Positions 43,901-57,500 of a stretch of 64,000 nucleotides of DNA are shown one piece after another. The translations under genes and the position numbers were made by a program. Positions within the stretch are counted from its first letter, which is position 1; every line of letters begins with the position of its first letter. This stretch comes from Zygnema circumcarinatum SAG 698-1b (taxonomy: Eukaryota; Plantae; Zygnematophyceae): contig CM074804.1 of the NCBI GenBank assembly GCA_037447605.1, positions 6,177,909 to 6,241,908 of the forward strand, written 5' to 3'. The notes under the pieces were generated by a model that was given only the letters and a program-made list of their open reading frames with translations, was not told the DNA's origin and made no database searches.

Positions 43901-46900
43901 TCTCAGACAACTTCAACGTGGGCAATTATGCGTATGATGGGCTGATGGGCTTTGCCACCGGCCCCGAGTCCGTAATTACGGCCTTGGCTTCCGAGGGATT
44001 GATTGCCAACTCCTTCTCCATATGCTTGGAGGGCGACGGGACCGATGGCCACCTCGTCCTCGGGAGGACGGCTCTCCCGAGCGGCGCTGCCTTCGCTTCC
44101 GTGAATCACAGGTGTGCTCCAAGTGGATCTATGTCCATGGCAATGCATGTGAACATGTTTGAGAAGTAAATGACAGCAGGTTGGAATGGACAATGTCCTT
44201 CTTGTCATGTAATAATGAGACAAAATTTCTCTGTATGCTTATCTGCCTTGCAGTTATTACTGGACTGTGGACTGGATGTCCTTCGCAATTGACGACTCAT
44301 CACCATACACATTCGAATCTGCCTCAGGCATACCCACCATTTTTGACACGGGCGCGAGTACGACTTTATTGCCCTCGACAGTCTTTCAAGCCATCTACCA
44401 AACTGTGCGTGGAGGTTTCCTGTTCCCGTGGATGGGAGTTAAGCAGTTATATCATTGGAAGCAGGGTCAACGTGTCGTTACCTGAATTGTTACTCGTCTG
44501 CAGTCATTGCGTGGATACACGCAGCGAGCATTTTCCTCTCGTCACCAATATTCTTGGAATGGCTATGTAATTGTTGTGGCTGACTTAGGGCAATGCAGTG
44601 TTCCTGTATCTGTCTTGCCAGGAATTTCCCCTTAGTTTGCAGGTCGTCCCAATGGTTTCTTGTGCAGAATCTGCCTTCCCCGAGTTGGAGCAGTTGGACA
44701 GCTGTGGAGCCGTCCGTTTGCTGAGCCGCGATGTGCATGCTTGTTGCCTCGCTTTTCGCTCGTGGGAGTGCATTTGAGTTCAAGTTGTGGCTGTCGGCAA
44801 TCTCTTGCAGCTTCACAGTCTGGGCATCAATGCAAATCTTTGCTGAGTTAGGGCTGCCAAGTGTCGGATGCAGGTGCTGCAGCAGCCCATTCAAGAGCTT
44901 GAGGACCAGATTTGCTATGGGGAGAGAGGCAGGCTGTAAGACTCAATTTTTTTCCATGTAGGAGTCGTGCGAAAAAACTTCCAGAAGTGATGTTTCTCTC
45001 AGAATGTAGAATAATTTTGCAAGACACCTTACGCTGTACCACGTACTGGTCACTCTTCCTATTGTTTGCTTCTGAGTTTTGAAGCTTTCCTTTTGCAACT
45101 TTGCACCTTCCGCAGCCATTGAAGGTGGCTTAAAGTGCATCTGCATAGCACCATCTTGAGGATGTGTTTGGCGATTGCAGGACTCCACGAGAGATCGCGA
45201 AACGATATCCCAGTTTGACTTTATATATTCGAGGTGTGGACGGCTCTTCTGTCCAAATGGTTATACCTGCGTTCAATTACATCCTTACATACTACAATGC
45301 TACTGTGAGTCATCATGATCTGTGCTATCATGATTTGTCAGTAATCTCTTTCTGCATGCGGATGTTGTTGCTACCCTCTTTTTCAGCAAGGACGAGGCGG
45401 AGGAGGCTTCGCGCTAATGCGGAGGGTGTTGACTTTTGCAGCAAGATTTGACCTTTACCTGTCCAGGGGCGAGATCAAACTCCAGTACCGTTATAATTGG
45501 AGGTATGGTGCAATTCTCTGGCCAACTTTTGAACCACCCATTTTTTAGGATGAAGCAAACCACATCAAGAAAGACGTTGTGCAGAATTTCTTCCAGGAAT
45601 GGGCATTGTCTTCGTAGCTCGAGAAATTTGTATTTATTTCGGCCTCCTTGTATTTTAACTCTTCATACATGAAATGCTGTGCCAGGAATGTCAATGTATG
45701 TTTCTGGTATGGGAAAGTTGAACTAGTGACTGAAAGGAACAATTAATGATGAACAGAATGGAAATAGTGCGTGAAATGTGTGCCCAATAGCTATACATCC
45801 TTCTGACTGATTAGGATGCTCTCATCAATATCTTATGTAACTTTGTGCGCTACTGAGTGGGATAAACTTGAACATTTTGTCTTTAAAGACAAATGAATAA
45901 TGATTCCGACTTGCCCTCTAACATAGTGAGATGCTTGAAATATTTCTGATTATGTCATGAACATCAAACTTGAATGTGACATTCCTCACTCTCATGTTTT
46001 CTTCTTCTGTGATTCCGAATGTGATGTGGCAGCCACATGGCTCCGCAACTTTGATATTTTGTACCAAACAAAAGATGGCGCCAAATCTATAGGCTGGTAT
46101 CCTCTCAATTGTATGTTTCCAGGCCTCAACGAACTTTTCGTTTATTGTGCTCATGAGGAGCAGCCTCGTCTTGCCAATGTGTGTCACATTCTGTATCTTT
46201 TATGCAACATAGTCGAATGTGTGATAGGACTACTGCCAACGCGGGCAACCTTAAGAAGAGAAATTTGTGGTCGTGGGTCCGCGAGGATCAGTGGTCTGTT
46301 GGGAAATGTTGCACGTGCCGGCCTAAAAGTTGATAGAGGAGATACTCTAAGCTCAGAGTGGTGATTGTGCCTGTTAATTAAATTTCAAACGGTTTTGGTT
46401 TCACACTTAAAAAGGCAGGACAAATCCGCAGTTTTGCCATCTGTTATCGGCTGATCTGCGCTCGAAGTATACAATCATTCATGTGTCAAATGGATTATGT
46501 AAAGGGGTTGGGAATGGAAAACCTGTGACGAGGCAGCTTCCAAAGTCCCTAAGAACGTTGACAAAAGGTAGCGTCTGACAGCCATTGCTTCTATGGGAGC
46601 AGGCACCACTGGTGCGGGGCTGAGCCCGGACGGCACCGTATCCGATGTTCAAGTGACCTTCCCCCCCGTCACGTCCCCCAAAGCTTCCACCGTTTCCACG
46701 ATAACAGGTACTGCGTGCTTACCTCAATGGAAATTTCACTCGCCTATCTTGCATTTCTGTTTCAGGAATTCGTGATGGCAAAGCATGTTTGTGACCTCCA
46801 TATATAGGCACCTCTTTGCTTGGACGCAGGTACATTTGCCACTCATATGCATATCATGCATTGTTGATGGATTTGCCCTTAGAAACATTGGTGATCGGTG

Positions 46901-47493
46901 AATCCCTTGGGCAGCTCTTTAACATTCTGTGATCAGTCATTAAGTGCAAATTCCCGAAGAACAGACCCATCTTGTCCACAGATCACAAGGTCTTTGTCGA
47001 GTGCATTGGCTTGAGGGGGGTAAAATACTGAAAGAGAAGACAGGCTGAACGTCTTTACTTTCCTTGTCGTCGTCAATGTATCAGTGCCTCGCAGCGGCGG
47101 CAAAGGATCGGCAACATCGTCAAGACTCGGTCAGTCCTCTCCCTTCCGCTTTGAGGTAGATGCACTCGGAAGGATTGAGCGTGTTGGGGGCTCACAAATG
47201 CAATGGAATCTGATGCTCGAGTGTCCCTTAACTGGCCAGCAAGGCAGATTTATATGCTTCATGCAGTTGCGTGTTCCTCAAGTTGTATTCTCTCCGCCTC
47301 AGCACGTTAGCAATCACGAATTTCAGATCTGTATTAAAACTCAGCAAGAATGCCATATGCATATTTTTTGTTGACGATTTACATGTGCCCTAACATTTTT
47401 TTGTTATGGACGACAGGTGTCTGGGATTTCCTCTCCATCCTTCTAATAACAATCTCCAGTAGCATCGGAGTTTCTTTTTTTACCTTACCTTGA
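40948..47493 (+). CDS. Secreted A1-family (pepsin-like/atypical) aspartic protease, probably GPI-anchored; exons ~40948-41061, 42380-42465, 42921-43053, 43273-43550, 43888-44111, 44253-44404, (one unresolved), 45180-45303, 45441-45501, 46034-46110, 46611-46708, 47085-47129, 47417-47493
   Basis: Poly-Leu signal peptide; YYTTISLGTGGQVFNVLVDTGSSLLWVQC (catalytic Asp 1), FGCG, YDGLMGF, FSICL, IFDTGAS (catalytic Asp 2) and IGW..LNC, then a Ser/Thr/Pro stalk and a hydrophobic tail VWDFLSILLITISSSIGVSFFTLP*. Confidence 0.88.
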
Positions 47494-48363
47494 GCGTTAA
47501 AGGGGAGTGTCTGAACCGACCCGTGAATCGGGTAATGGTACAGCTGTACACAACGAGCAGCGCTTCTTGTATTGTGCCGGTTTCTTAAAAAAAATTATGT
47601 CCAGGTTAATCTCACCTTCAACATGGACAAGAGCTCGTCTGTCAACGCTCTTCGTCCCTTGAGATGTAGATACGTTTCTGCTTATGTTGGGCTAATTTCC
47701 CTTAACTGTTGTCCAGGCGAATGTCACCCACAACATTGGCAAGGTCACTTTTGCTGGATCTTCTTCCAGAGACTGTAGATACATTTTTCTGTCCATAATT
47801 TATACTCAGAATGCATTCATTGTATCTCAATCACATCTATGCCCTACTTCGTCCTGCCATCACTCCCTTCCCTTTATCAGTCGCTCATCTGTTCTGGTTC
47901 ATGCAAATAATCATATCCCCTTGGCTTTCGACCTTTGAAGGCGGCGTATGCGTCTGGTGGGAGAAAGCACTTAGGAAACTTCACTTAATTCACTGCAGGC
48001 ACACGCAAGTAGAGCCGAACAAGCACAGACTGGCACTCTTCATGGTGAGAATAGCAGATTGCAAGTGCGAGCATTTCTTAAGAATTGTTTCAATTTTCCA
48101 TCATTCCACGTATCACCTTGTCTACTCTGGCAGACCAACTGCAGTCAACGTGGTGTATTTCTGACGAATTCGTACCAAGGTCACAGCATCTGTGACGAGA
48201 CATTCATGAATGTCACGGGACATTCAATCCAATCCCAGCCAGCCCAGATCGACAAACGCGATACATCATGGAGTTGAGCTAGAAATAAGCCGACCGGGCG
48301 GCAAGTGCGCCAGCCATCGTCTCTCAAGCTCAGGAGAGAGGCAGAACTGCACAGATTCCTCTC

Positions 48364-51300
48364 TCAACATTTTTTAACCCTCCCAAGATGGCCTAGTGAT
48401 CGGATCTCCAGGAACTGTCCATTTTCGACAGTAGTTCCGGCACTGGTCATGGTCGGGGGGGAAATGGCAGCTGCTGTAGGGCTCTGGCCAAAGGCATGGA
48501 GACATCGCCTCCAGGCGCACGAAACCCAGCCCCTCCATTCATCTGCAGGAACATCGATGTTAGCAGAGCTGAAGTGTACTAGCCCGACTTGCATTGCAGC
48601 TTGACTTGGAAATCACGGATACACAACATTGCCCAATGCAACAAGGGAAAACAGGAAAGAGCATGCTCAATAGAGCGAAAGCCCAAGGCATGATAGAAAC
48701 TCCAAAGCAGAATCAAGAATCCTCAAGTTTGCCATGCCGACATCAAATCCTTCATAACAGAATTCCGCCATTGCTCACCGGCTTCCAACTCTGCTTCGGT
48801 GGCAACAGACCAACAATTGCCTTTGTTTCCCCAGGTATCCGTCTATTGCCTCCTGCCTGCACTACTGCCTCCAATTCTCGCCTAACAGCTGCTTCACGCT
48901 CCTCATCTTCTTCCGCAAGCCGCACAGCTCCACCTGACATCCCTCCCTCCCTCTTCGATTTGCAAACAGAAATTGTTTGCCACAACAATAACAGATTTCG
49001 CGCTCTGTATTCTGTAACCGATGGACTCCAATCAATATTCCAAAAGGTTTTATCCGCTCCTCCTGTTGTTTGAGTATCAGACTAAATGCATTGTACTGTG
49101 TCCACATGTAATGAAGCCTGGCACAAGTTTCCCGAGTGAACTTTCCCAAGTTTCACGAAGATACCACTCACAGTGCAGAAGAAGAGGCTGCTAACAAAGG
49201 ATGAAAACAAAGGAAGTCTGAAACGCGGGAATACCTGGCAGGAGGCGGAATACATTGTCCTCGCAAACTACTGCAAACAGGGGGGCCTTCTTCCCTGCCA
49301 CCACCTGCAATCTCAAGGAGTTTGCAGCTTGAGCGAAAGGAAATAATCCAATCGAGAAATACCCGTCAGAGGATCATGCACTTTTAAAAAGAAAATCAAT
49401 CAATTGCAAAACGAGATAGTCACTTACCGCCAACAAGGCTCCCCTTAGGTAGCTCAATCCACCCCGCCTTTGCACGCAGACATGAACTGCTGTTAAAGCA
49501 GCTGCTCCGCGTAACCGCGCTGCTGCCTCATTTGATTGTCGCATGCCCCTTCCAACCTGCACCTGCCATACAGCCATTCTCACAGTCAAATCCAGTAACA
49601 AGCTCTAGGCCCATAGCTATCAAGTGAAAATGCACAAGCATTCAAGTGGGACATGACAAAGCCTGCTTATTGAACGCTAAGGTGCTAAGAGGAGATAGGC
49701 AGCTGTCCCAATCTTAAACAGGCCAAACAAACCCCAGCTTGTCACAGCACACTTGTGTGGAACAATATAGCCTTTCAGGTACATCACAATGACCGGCTAA
49801 ACATTTCGTCCGCCCAATGAAATGAAACATTCAGTTTCCCATTGGCAAATTAAGTGTTTCTAAGAGTGCAAAGAATAAGCACCATTCTTTCCACAGAGAC
49901 TCTACATGAAATGCCCTTAGAGATAGAGAGAGAGTTAAAAAAAACTCAGCAAATTTACCTCCGAGTAGTCATCTTCAGCAATTTGAGTCGTGTCCCTGCT
50001 GCTTGACCCTTCTTGCAAAATGGTTTCAGCCACCTTGATAGAGTTGCTCTTCTTGACGGGAACATCACCTCTCCCTTGATCTCCTTGTTTCTCATTCGTG
50101 GTATCCGTACGAAGGTAAGTAGCGATTGGTGCTGGATCCTGGGCAGTCAGCGGTGCGTCTGATCCAAGGAAGTGCGCAAAGCGCGACATGCTGCTGCTTC
50201 CAGGCACATCCGCCTCACCAAGTCTGGTAGAATCGTCGTCGAACCACTCCGAGGGCACGTGCGTTCCCATTACCGGATGAAACGAAGGGCTATTTGGTAG
50301 GAGCAACAGACCACTGTGTATAGCCCAGGAATTTGGTGGTAAAGTCTTTGAGTTGGGAATGGGGACATTTTTGGGTCGCAAGCGCAGCAATCCTTCTAAA
50401 AGTTCTGCTCGAGCCCTGACGTTGGCATCTGCTGCTGCTTCTAGAACCAGCAATCTACTTTCGTAGCCCTCATGTCCCGACTCTTCTGGCACCTCAGCTA
50501 CACTTGTTTTGGAAAGAAGCTGAGAACCTTCGTGAGCAAGAATTTCCTGCTGTTTTGGTTTGCGGTTGTCATTCCTTCCAAGTTCACCAAAAGTTGAGCT
50601 CCCTGCTTCTTGAGGAACAAGTGGCGCAACAAGTGATTGAACCTGCGAGTTATCAAGGCCAAAAAATTGATGTGCAGTGCTCCTGGCGTACTTCTTGGAC
50701 ATGCCTCCAGCCACCCCAGCCGCCTCCCAGGCATCTTCCGGAGTGCACCCATGGAATCTCGTCTGCCCCTCGCACTCCACCTGCAAACGGGAACTTCAGA
50801 ACCTCGAAAGAACTCGAAAGAGATATAAAGCTAAAATCGATAGTTGAGGCGTTGGCAGAAATTTATGAAATAAAGGCTAACGACTCAAAACCTTACCACG
50901 AATATGGGGCCATCATTCCCCTGCTCAATTATCTGCACATACTGCTTGCCCTTGTAGCGCTTTACAGCCTGGTAGCCCACCGGATAGGGAACAGGCTGTC
51001 CTCCATCACTAGCACTTCTGCTCAACCCATTTGCAGAAAGTCAGTTCAAGCCTGAAAGTCTCAAATTGGTCCGCCTTGCAACGAGAAAATCTTTAGGGCA
51101 GAAAGAACAACCCTGGGCGCAAGTAGAGTTCTGGCTGTGGTCCTCGATATGCTCGTCCTACGCTCTCCACAGTGACAAACAGAGGCAGCTTCAGAGGCAG
51201 CGAGAGCGCACCCGCAACGCTATCAGTAGATTGCGAACAGGAAGGAGGCCGGGGCCGCAAGCAGCAGCGACGGCTTGAGGTAGAGCCTGCTTGCAAGCGG

Positions 51301-51489
51301 CTGCCAAGAACCGCGGTTGCAGCGCAGCGCAAAGTTGCAGCCATGGCGAAATTTCCTCACTGAGTTCGCTGCCTTGAACTTGAGGCGCTTTTGGCCGTCC
51401 GGCCGCCGTTCAAACTTTGGCGCCTTCCTCCGCATGCTCCTTCCTGCGGACGAGCTTCCGGCTGAAATGGCGGGGGCTGCTGCGGCCAT
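48364..51489 (-). CDS. FY-rich (FYRN/FYRC) domain protein; start (51489 or 51344) and 3' exons uncertain
   Basis: VESVGRAYRG..., PVPYPVGYQAVKRYKGKQYVQIIEQGNDGPIFV| (FYRN-like) and VECEGQTRFHGCTPEDAW...HQFFGLDNSQVQSLV (FYRC-like), followed by a long exon at 49935-~50780 and weaker downstream exons. Confidence 0.62.
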
Positions 51490-51532
51490 TGCTTGAAGTC
51501 AGGTTTGATTCTTACTGCAGCGGGGTGAGGCC

Positions 51533-54500
51533 ATGGAGGTACCTTTGCAGCCGATCGCCGGGCCCTGGCGAGATTTGCATCTTCGCCATGGCAGGCAGGG
51601 AGGAGAGCCCCCCGTTCTTACTACGCTTCCAGAGTCAGAGAGGAAAGGCCATGTGGCAACTGGATGCACCATACCCTGCCCGACAAGCAGCGGCTTGCAC
51701 ATTCTTGTCTGGTGAGCGCTACCTCTAATGAGGTCGTTGTTCTCGAAATCTCTCAGCCCTTTCTGACAATTCCGGACTGCAATTGCCCAGAGCAATTTGT
51801 AGTGTGAGTAGCACTCAGAGCTTTAGTTAGTCTAGTTAAGTTGAGTTCAATGAAGACAGAAAGTTGGATTCCATCCAGGTGATTGGCTTGTTTGTTTGTT
51901 ATATTAGGGCGTGGTTGAGCTGTTGCTGTTTGCCGTTCTCACTTTGGTGTAGCTTTTCTGTGGTTTTGGAATGAGGAGGCAGATATAGGCAGAGTAATTT
52001 ATTCAGGACAAAGTAAGAATGAAGGAGAAGAAAGAAGAAGAAGAAAGTAGAAGTAAGAATAAGAAGAAGAAGAAGAAGAAGAAGTAGACGAAGAAGAAGA
52101 AGAAGTAAGAATGATAGACAGAATATAGCATTCCGTTCAAAGTAACACGAAAACATGAAATGTTGCTTTGACTATGCTTCAACGAGGCCTCCTAGTCGAG
52201 TAGTTTTTAGTTTCCTCAAAAAAATAAATCTCTGTCTCTCTTTGCTCATATTTTGCACATTTTGAATTATAAGTTCACTTCAGTTGGGTTGGTCTAATCT
52301 CCACCGACTCACTCGACGGGCTCTTGTAGTGTTTGATCACCTGGAGCCGCTGGTCCTTTCCTATTCTATGTGGAGAACTATCTGATCGCAGTCATAAAGC
52401 CCGAAGAAACGAATAAATTGAAATTAATGCTGTATTAAATGAGTCATTGAATTTGCCCAAGAGGAAGCACAAATATTATGGAGTAATTCTTTCCATTCCA
52501 TGTTCAAGAACTGAGTAGCGTCGGCGAAAAAGGCGAGCGTACAAGAAACAAGCAGTATACACACATACTCGTTATGAGGGGTTTTATTGGTCCTTAGGCG
52601 ACGTGCTTGGCATTCAAAATGTCCTTCTTAAGACCCGAGTCAATTCATATGAGCTTTGGAAGAATAGTGGCGACCCACAGTGAGGCAGGTTCATGCCCTG
52701 ATCAAGTCTATCACAGTTTTTGTTTTGTCCAGGTCATGAACCCAAGTAGTTTTTGTTGGTGAATGTTGCTGAATGTGCTCTCTTTTTTAGTTGCGAATTG
52801 TGAACCAACTGGATAATTTTTTAAAAATTACTTTGATGTTTATGTTGATCGTTACCGAGGATGGCTCGAAACTTTATGATCCTATTCGATTTTCAGAGGG
52901 CCTCCTTATGATGCTGAGATTTCTGCATCTTTACACTTGCTCCAATGTTGCAGTCGTGTACATGCCGACGACAGCTGTCAGTTGGAGATGGAAGAGCTCT
53001 GTACAGCCAGCCTGCATTGCCACTCAAGCAAGTTGCGCCTGCATTTTCCACAGCGTTTAACAAATCACATCTGTTTTTCTCATGTAAAATCAGAGGTACA
53101 ATTTCTGTCGCCAAGGCTTTTCTTGATGAGCCGTAATTATTGGCAGCGTGCGCACTCCGTATCCTGTACTCCCAAAAATGCTAATGTGGTCCTTCTTTTT
53201 GGTTCTGTAGGCAGGGCCGACTGGCCACACTGCATCTGCTGCTTTTGTTATAGGGGCAGACACAACGCTGTTCCGTATTGCTCTGGATTCGTCCGATTCA
53301 GTCCACAAGCCCGGTGCATCAGCGCTAGAAAAAGTGGATGCCGCGTCCATTAGCGAGCATGAGTTGGCGCAGCGACTTGTCCGGTTTGGGCCAATTACCT
53401 GCTTGACAGCAGAATCCTCATGGCTTTGCCTTGGAAGTCATTCTGGTGTTATTCTCTGCATATCCTTTGAAGACTTTGAGCATGGTAAGTTTTTCCAACC
53501 TGTTGATTCGCCATTCTCTCCGTGCTGCTAAGTACTCTGATGTCGGGCCCGCTCACTCGGTGAAATCCTCGAGCTTTTGGATCCTCGGGCAACTTCACCG
53601 TGGATACATTCCCTCAACCTACAGTCCCTGCGTTCGAAGCAACTGTGTCACTCAACTGGGATGATTGTCACTCCTTTTGCCAGGAGGAGTGAAAGCCATA
53701 GCAGAGCTTCGGGCAAGTGAGCCGATGATGCAGCGTCTACGGGGCATAATGAATTGGTAAGCTATGTAAATTTTGCACCGGCAGCATCTTGACGAAGGAT
53801 TACTTATACCTTTTGAATGGATGTCGAGTGCCCCTGTCTATCGTTGAGTGGATTCAAGTGTCGACACTACAATGCCGGGGGTGTCATGCGCAGGGGAAGG
53901 GCAGCCGGCCCAGTGCAGTCAGTGGCCATCCGCAAGCTCGGAGTCGGCAGGGCAGCCGTGTACGCGGTTGTTGCGGGCCACGCGGGAGGGCTGCTGCGTG
54001 TCTGGGATGTGCAGCACCATCGTCTGCTTCTTTCACTGACACTCACGCCACCCGCGTCTACTCAAGGTGCTCCCACTACTCCGCTATACCTTGCTGCTAT
54101 GCCTCTTGTGTTAGCTTTTTTAGACATTGTTGGTTACTGTTGCTCGACCAGTTTCAGAGCCTGAGCAGATTCAGTAGTGAACTTTCATGAACCTAGGTTC
54201 TTGCTGCTTTGGATGACTGCTGGCATCTGTATCCAAAGTCCTGGTACTCATCAAGGGATTCAGTTAAGTGTGTATTCGCTGATGTTTCTGGGAATCTTAC
54301 TGAACTTGTAAGTGTTAGCAGCAGCATGTTTGTTTACCGTGAAGGTATATGCGAAAGATATATATGCAGATATATGTGGAATAGCTTTCCGAGCATCGCG
54401 ATGCATTTGGTCGGTCTTGCACCCTTTCCACAACTCCACAACTTGAACCTGCGCTTGCAATTTGAGGTCTTCCAGGATAATATGCTGAGTTCATTGTGTA

Positions 54501-57500
54501 ATTCGTGCTCAATTTGATGGTGTGGCTTGGCTTTGCAGGATCCATTCCAGATAAGTGGTGGGTGCAGGAGGAGGACGCCGAGTCCGTGCTGCGTGTCGCC
54601 CTCCATCATCCTGTATGCTCCTTCTCTAAGTCCAATATGCCTTGGGTAATTGCATGCTATCCTATAGTTTTTTGCTACGGCTAGTTGAGCTGTAGTGGAT
54701 TTGAATGTTATTCCAGCTCTGCTTGCCTTGCTGTGTCGGAGCCCCGCCTGTGTTGTGCCTTGCTGTTGTACTCCAGACCCTAAGCTCCAGCTTTTCTTTA
54801 TTTGAAGGGTTTCATAAAACTGGCTTGTTGAACTCATGGATCTGCAGAGCAGAGAGGCGTCAGGACTGTCAGTTTATGATCTGAACGTTATGAGCTCAGT
54901 GGACGGAATCAACATCAGTGGCACCGCAGAGCACGCCTTCACTCATTTGCCCGAGGTAACATTTGCCGCAGAGCTCTGGCGAAATGACCTTTCTGCAAGG
55001 TATTCTTTTTGTCTGATCCTTTTGAGAGGGATGGGGGAATGGTGTGTATGGTGGAGCGAGGGCAGGGTGATGTGATAGATGCAACCCTGTTGGACGGCGC
55101 TTTCTGGCTTTGGCTGTTACCGCCGGCGGACTCTATGGAAACCTCTTATCGACAACTTCCGGTCGCACCCGTCTTGGTGCGCGTTCATTTGACAGCACAG
55201 ACAAATATGTGCGTGCATCCTTCCCATGTGCCTGTAGTCCACGCCTCTGTTGGCTGCGATTGCAGCTGCAGCGTGAGATGCTTGAGCTTGACCAATTGAA
55301 AGCAGAAGCAGCAGTACAATGAAAAGGCCGGCAAGGGCGGGTTGGCAGAATCGTACAGTGCCGCCTCTTGGAGCAGCAGCTTGCTTCAGCTTTATTGCTG
55401 GAATCTGGTCCAGACTCACAGCAAAACGCTGTGTATTCTCAGCTTTCTGTCAATAATTCTGTGAGCATCTATTCCCATCTCGTGAACTGGAGCCCCTATG
55501 AGCTTTCCTGTCCTGCACTGAAGCTGTCAGGAAGTTCCACGTCTTTTTGTCTGCGCCAGTGGGACTATGAAGCCTGTCTTTCTCTAAGGCGTGAATGCCA
55601 CAGTAAGAGTGTACCTAAAGGAGGAAAATTTGATGCTTCATATGGCATGTGAAACAATTGTTGACTAAGAAATTTATTCAGTTTGAAAGATTTGTTGTTT
55701 TTGTGATCTTTTATATTCTGATCTAACGGAATAATGGTCTGGTGCAAGCTTTGGGTCCAATATCTGTATTTTTTGTACACGAGCCTTATGTAACATCATC
55801 GTTCCTCAAAAATCGCAGATCTGTCGGTACATATTCTTGTATTGTGTCATCAGGTATAAGTAGTTTCACCAATTAAATCTATAACCAAGATGGGCGTAAC
55901 CAGACCGACGATAACTTGAGTGTTAAAGTAATTTCAACATGATTGGAAGCACCACTTGACTTGCACCAAGTGAATCTCAGCAGCCTAGGATTCGGGCGTT
56001 TCTGCAGGTCTTGGCCGACGCACATGTGAGTGAGCTTATGATTCAGCGCATGACATCACCGGGGATATTCTTTAGAGAAGAGATTCTCAATCTGCTTCAC
56101 CAGCACAAGCGCACAGCTGATGGAGATTCGGATATGGCAGTTTTGAAGAGGGAACTAAAGGCAGCAGCTCGTCAGGTGGGGTCAGCCCACTTCAAGGGAC
56201 ATTCCAGAAGAATTCCGCGTTTGCTCATCGTGGCGGGAGAGCTGTCCACTTAAGCTGTGTGTTGACAGTCGAACATTATGTGCGCATTATGGACAAATTT
56301 TGTGGGTGAATGCAGGTAGAGGTGCAGGAGCAGGCCAGCTACAGTGCGGTAGCTGAAGAGGTGCAGAAATGGCAACAGCTGAGTGTCGAGTATTTGCAGA
56401 TTTTCCAAAACGCGCATGAGCCGTACTGTCTTGTGGTCAATTCATCCTCCAAATGCCTGGCGGTTGTGAGGCGTTCTTCAGTATCCATGCTGCGCGATCT
56501 GGATATGGTGGAACAGTTGATGGAGCCATTGCATGGTGAGTGTGCTTCTTGAGTACTGCAGCAGGCACAAAGTGGTAACTTTAGGACATCTCAAAGCGCC
56601 ATAGCTGCAATAGCTCAATGCCCAGGCCGTTCCTTATGAGTCAATAATATAGCATAGTTTTGGGCAAAAGTTGATTTGTCCAACGTGGGAGGGTTTGAGG
56701 GATTCTGTACTTCATAAAGTTATTGCCTATAGATTACGGTCTCAGTGCCTCAGAATGTAGTTGAGGAAAACCTTGACGATTGCCTCTGGATTGCTTGTCT
56801 GCCGCGCAGTGCTCTCAGGGCCAACTCCGTCAACGCCGACCAGTGTCCTCCAAAAGTGCTCTCGTCTCCTCCGCTTGCAGCTGGGCTCCCTGGCGATGGC
56901 CGCTCTGCAGGCGGTGCAGCCTGACTTAGTCACGGCAGCACTTGACTTGCAGCAAGGAGCGGAGGCCGGCCTGTGCCAAGGGGAACAGTCAGTCGCCTTC
57001 AGTCGAGAGATGCAGCAGGAGCAGCACCGAAAAAAGCGGCTTCGTGCTCATCATCTCAATGTCGAAGTGAAGAGCTTTGTTCGCTGTGCCGGAGGATGGA
57101 AGGCAGCCCTGGACAGCCTGGAAAGAGCATTAGATGCTGTACAGTGGGTCCCACCAAATTCCGTGCTGGAATACCAAGCAACAAACAACCAACCAACCAA
57201 CCAGTCAAGGTCCGCTATGGGAAGCGGTTGGCTGATCGCAGCAACGAGACAAGTAGAGGGTGCACGGACTCGTGCTGTTTGTGATCTGATGCTGCTTCTG
57301 GCGTTCATTGCTAAGCGGCCTTCTCAAGTGAGTCTTTTGCGCTGTTTGATCTCGCAATTGCTCGTTTTCATTTCTGTTGGGCAATTCAATGGACGGTGTA
57401 CAAAGATCCATCCATGTGACGTGTCTGTAGCTGACAATAGTTATTGACTGCAAAAGGCGGTGCATTGGGGAAACTGGGAAGGACAGGTGGGGCTGGCATC

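Noticed and set aside
45746-45812. C/D snoRNA-like ATGATGA...CTGA in a protease intron
   Set aside because: The terminal stem is weak and there are only about 8 nt of rRNA complementarity.
53460-53468. ATATCCTTT, a perfect U12 (AT-AC) donor, in NUP160
   Set aside because: It lies in an open exon with a normal GT donor 25 nt later, and there is no U12 branch point or AC acceptor downstream.
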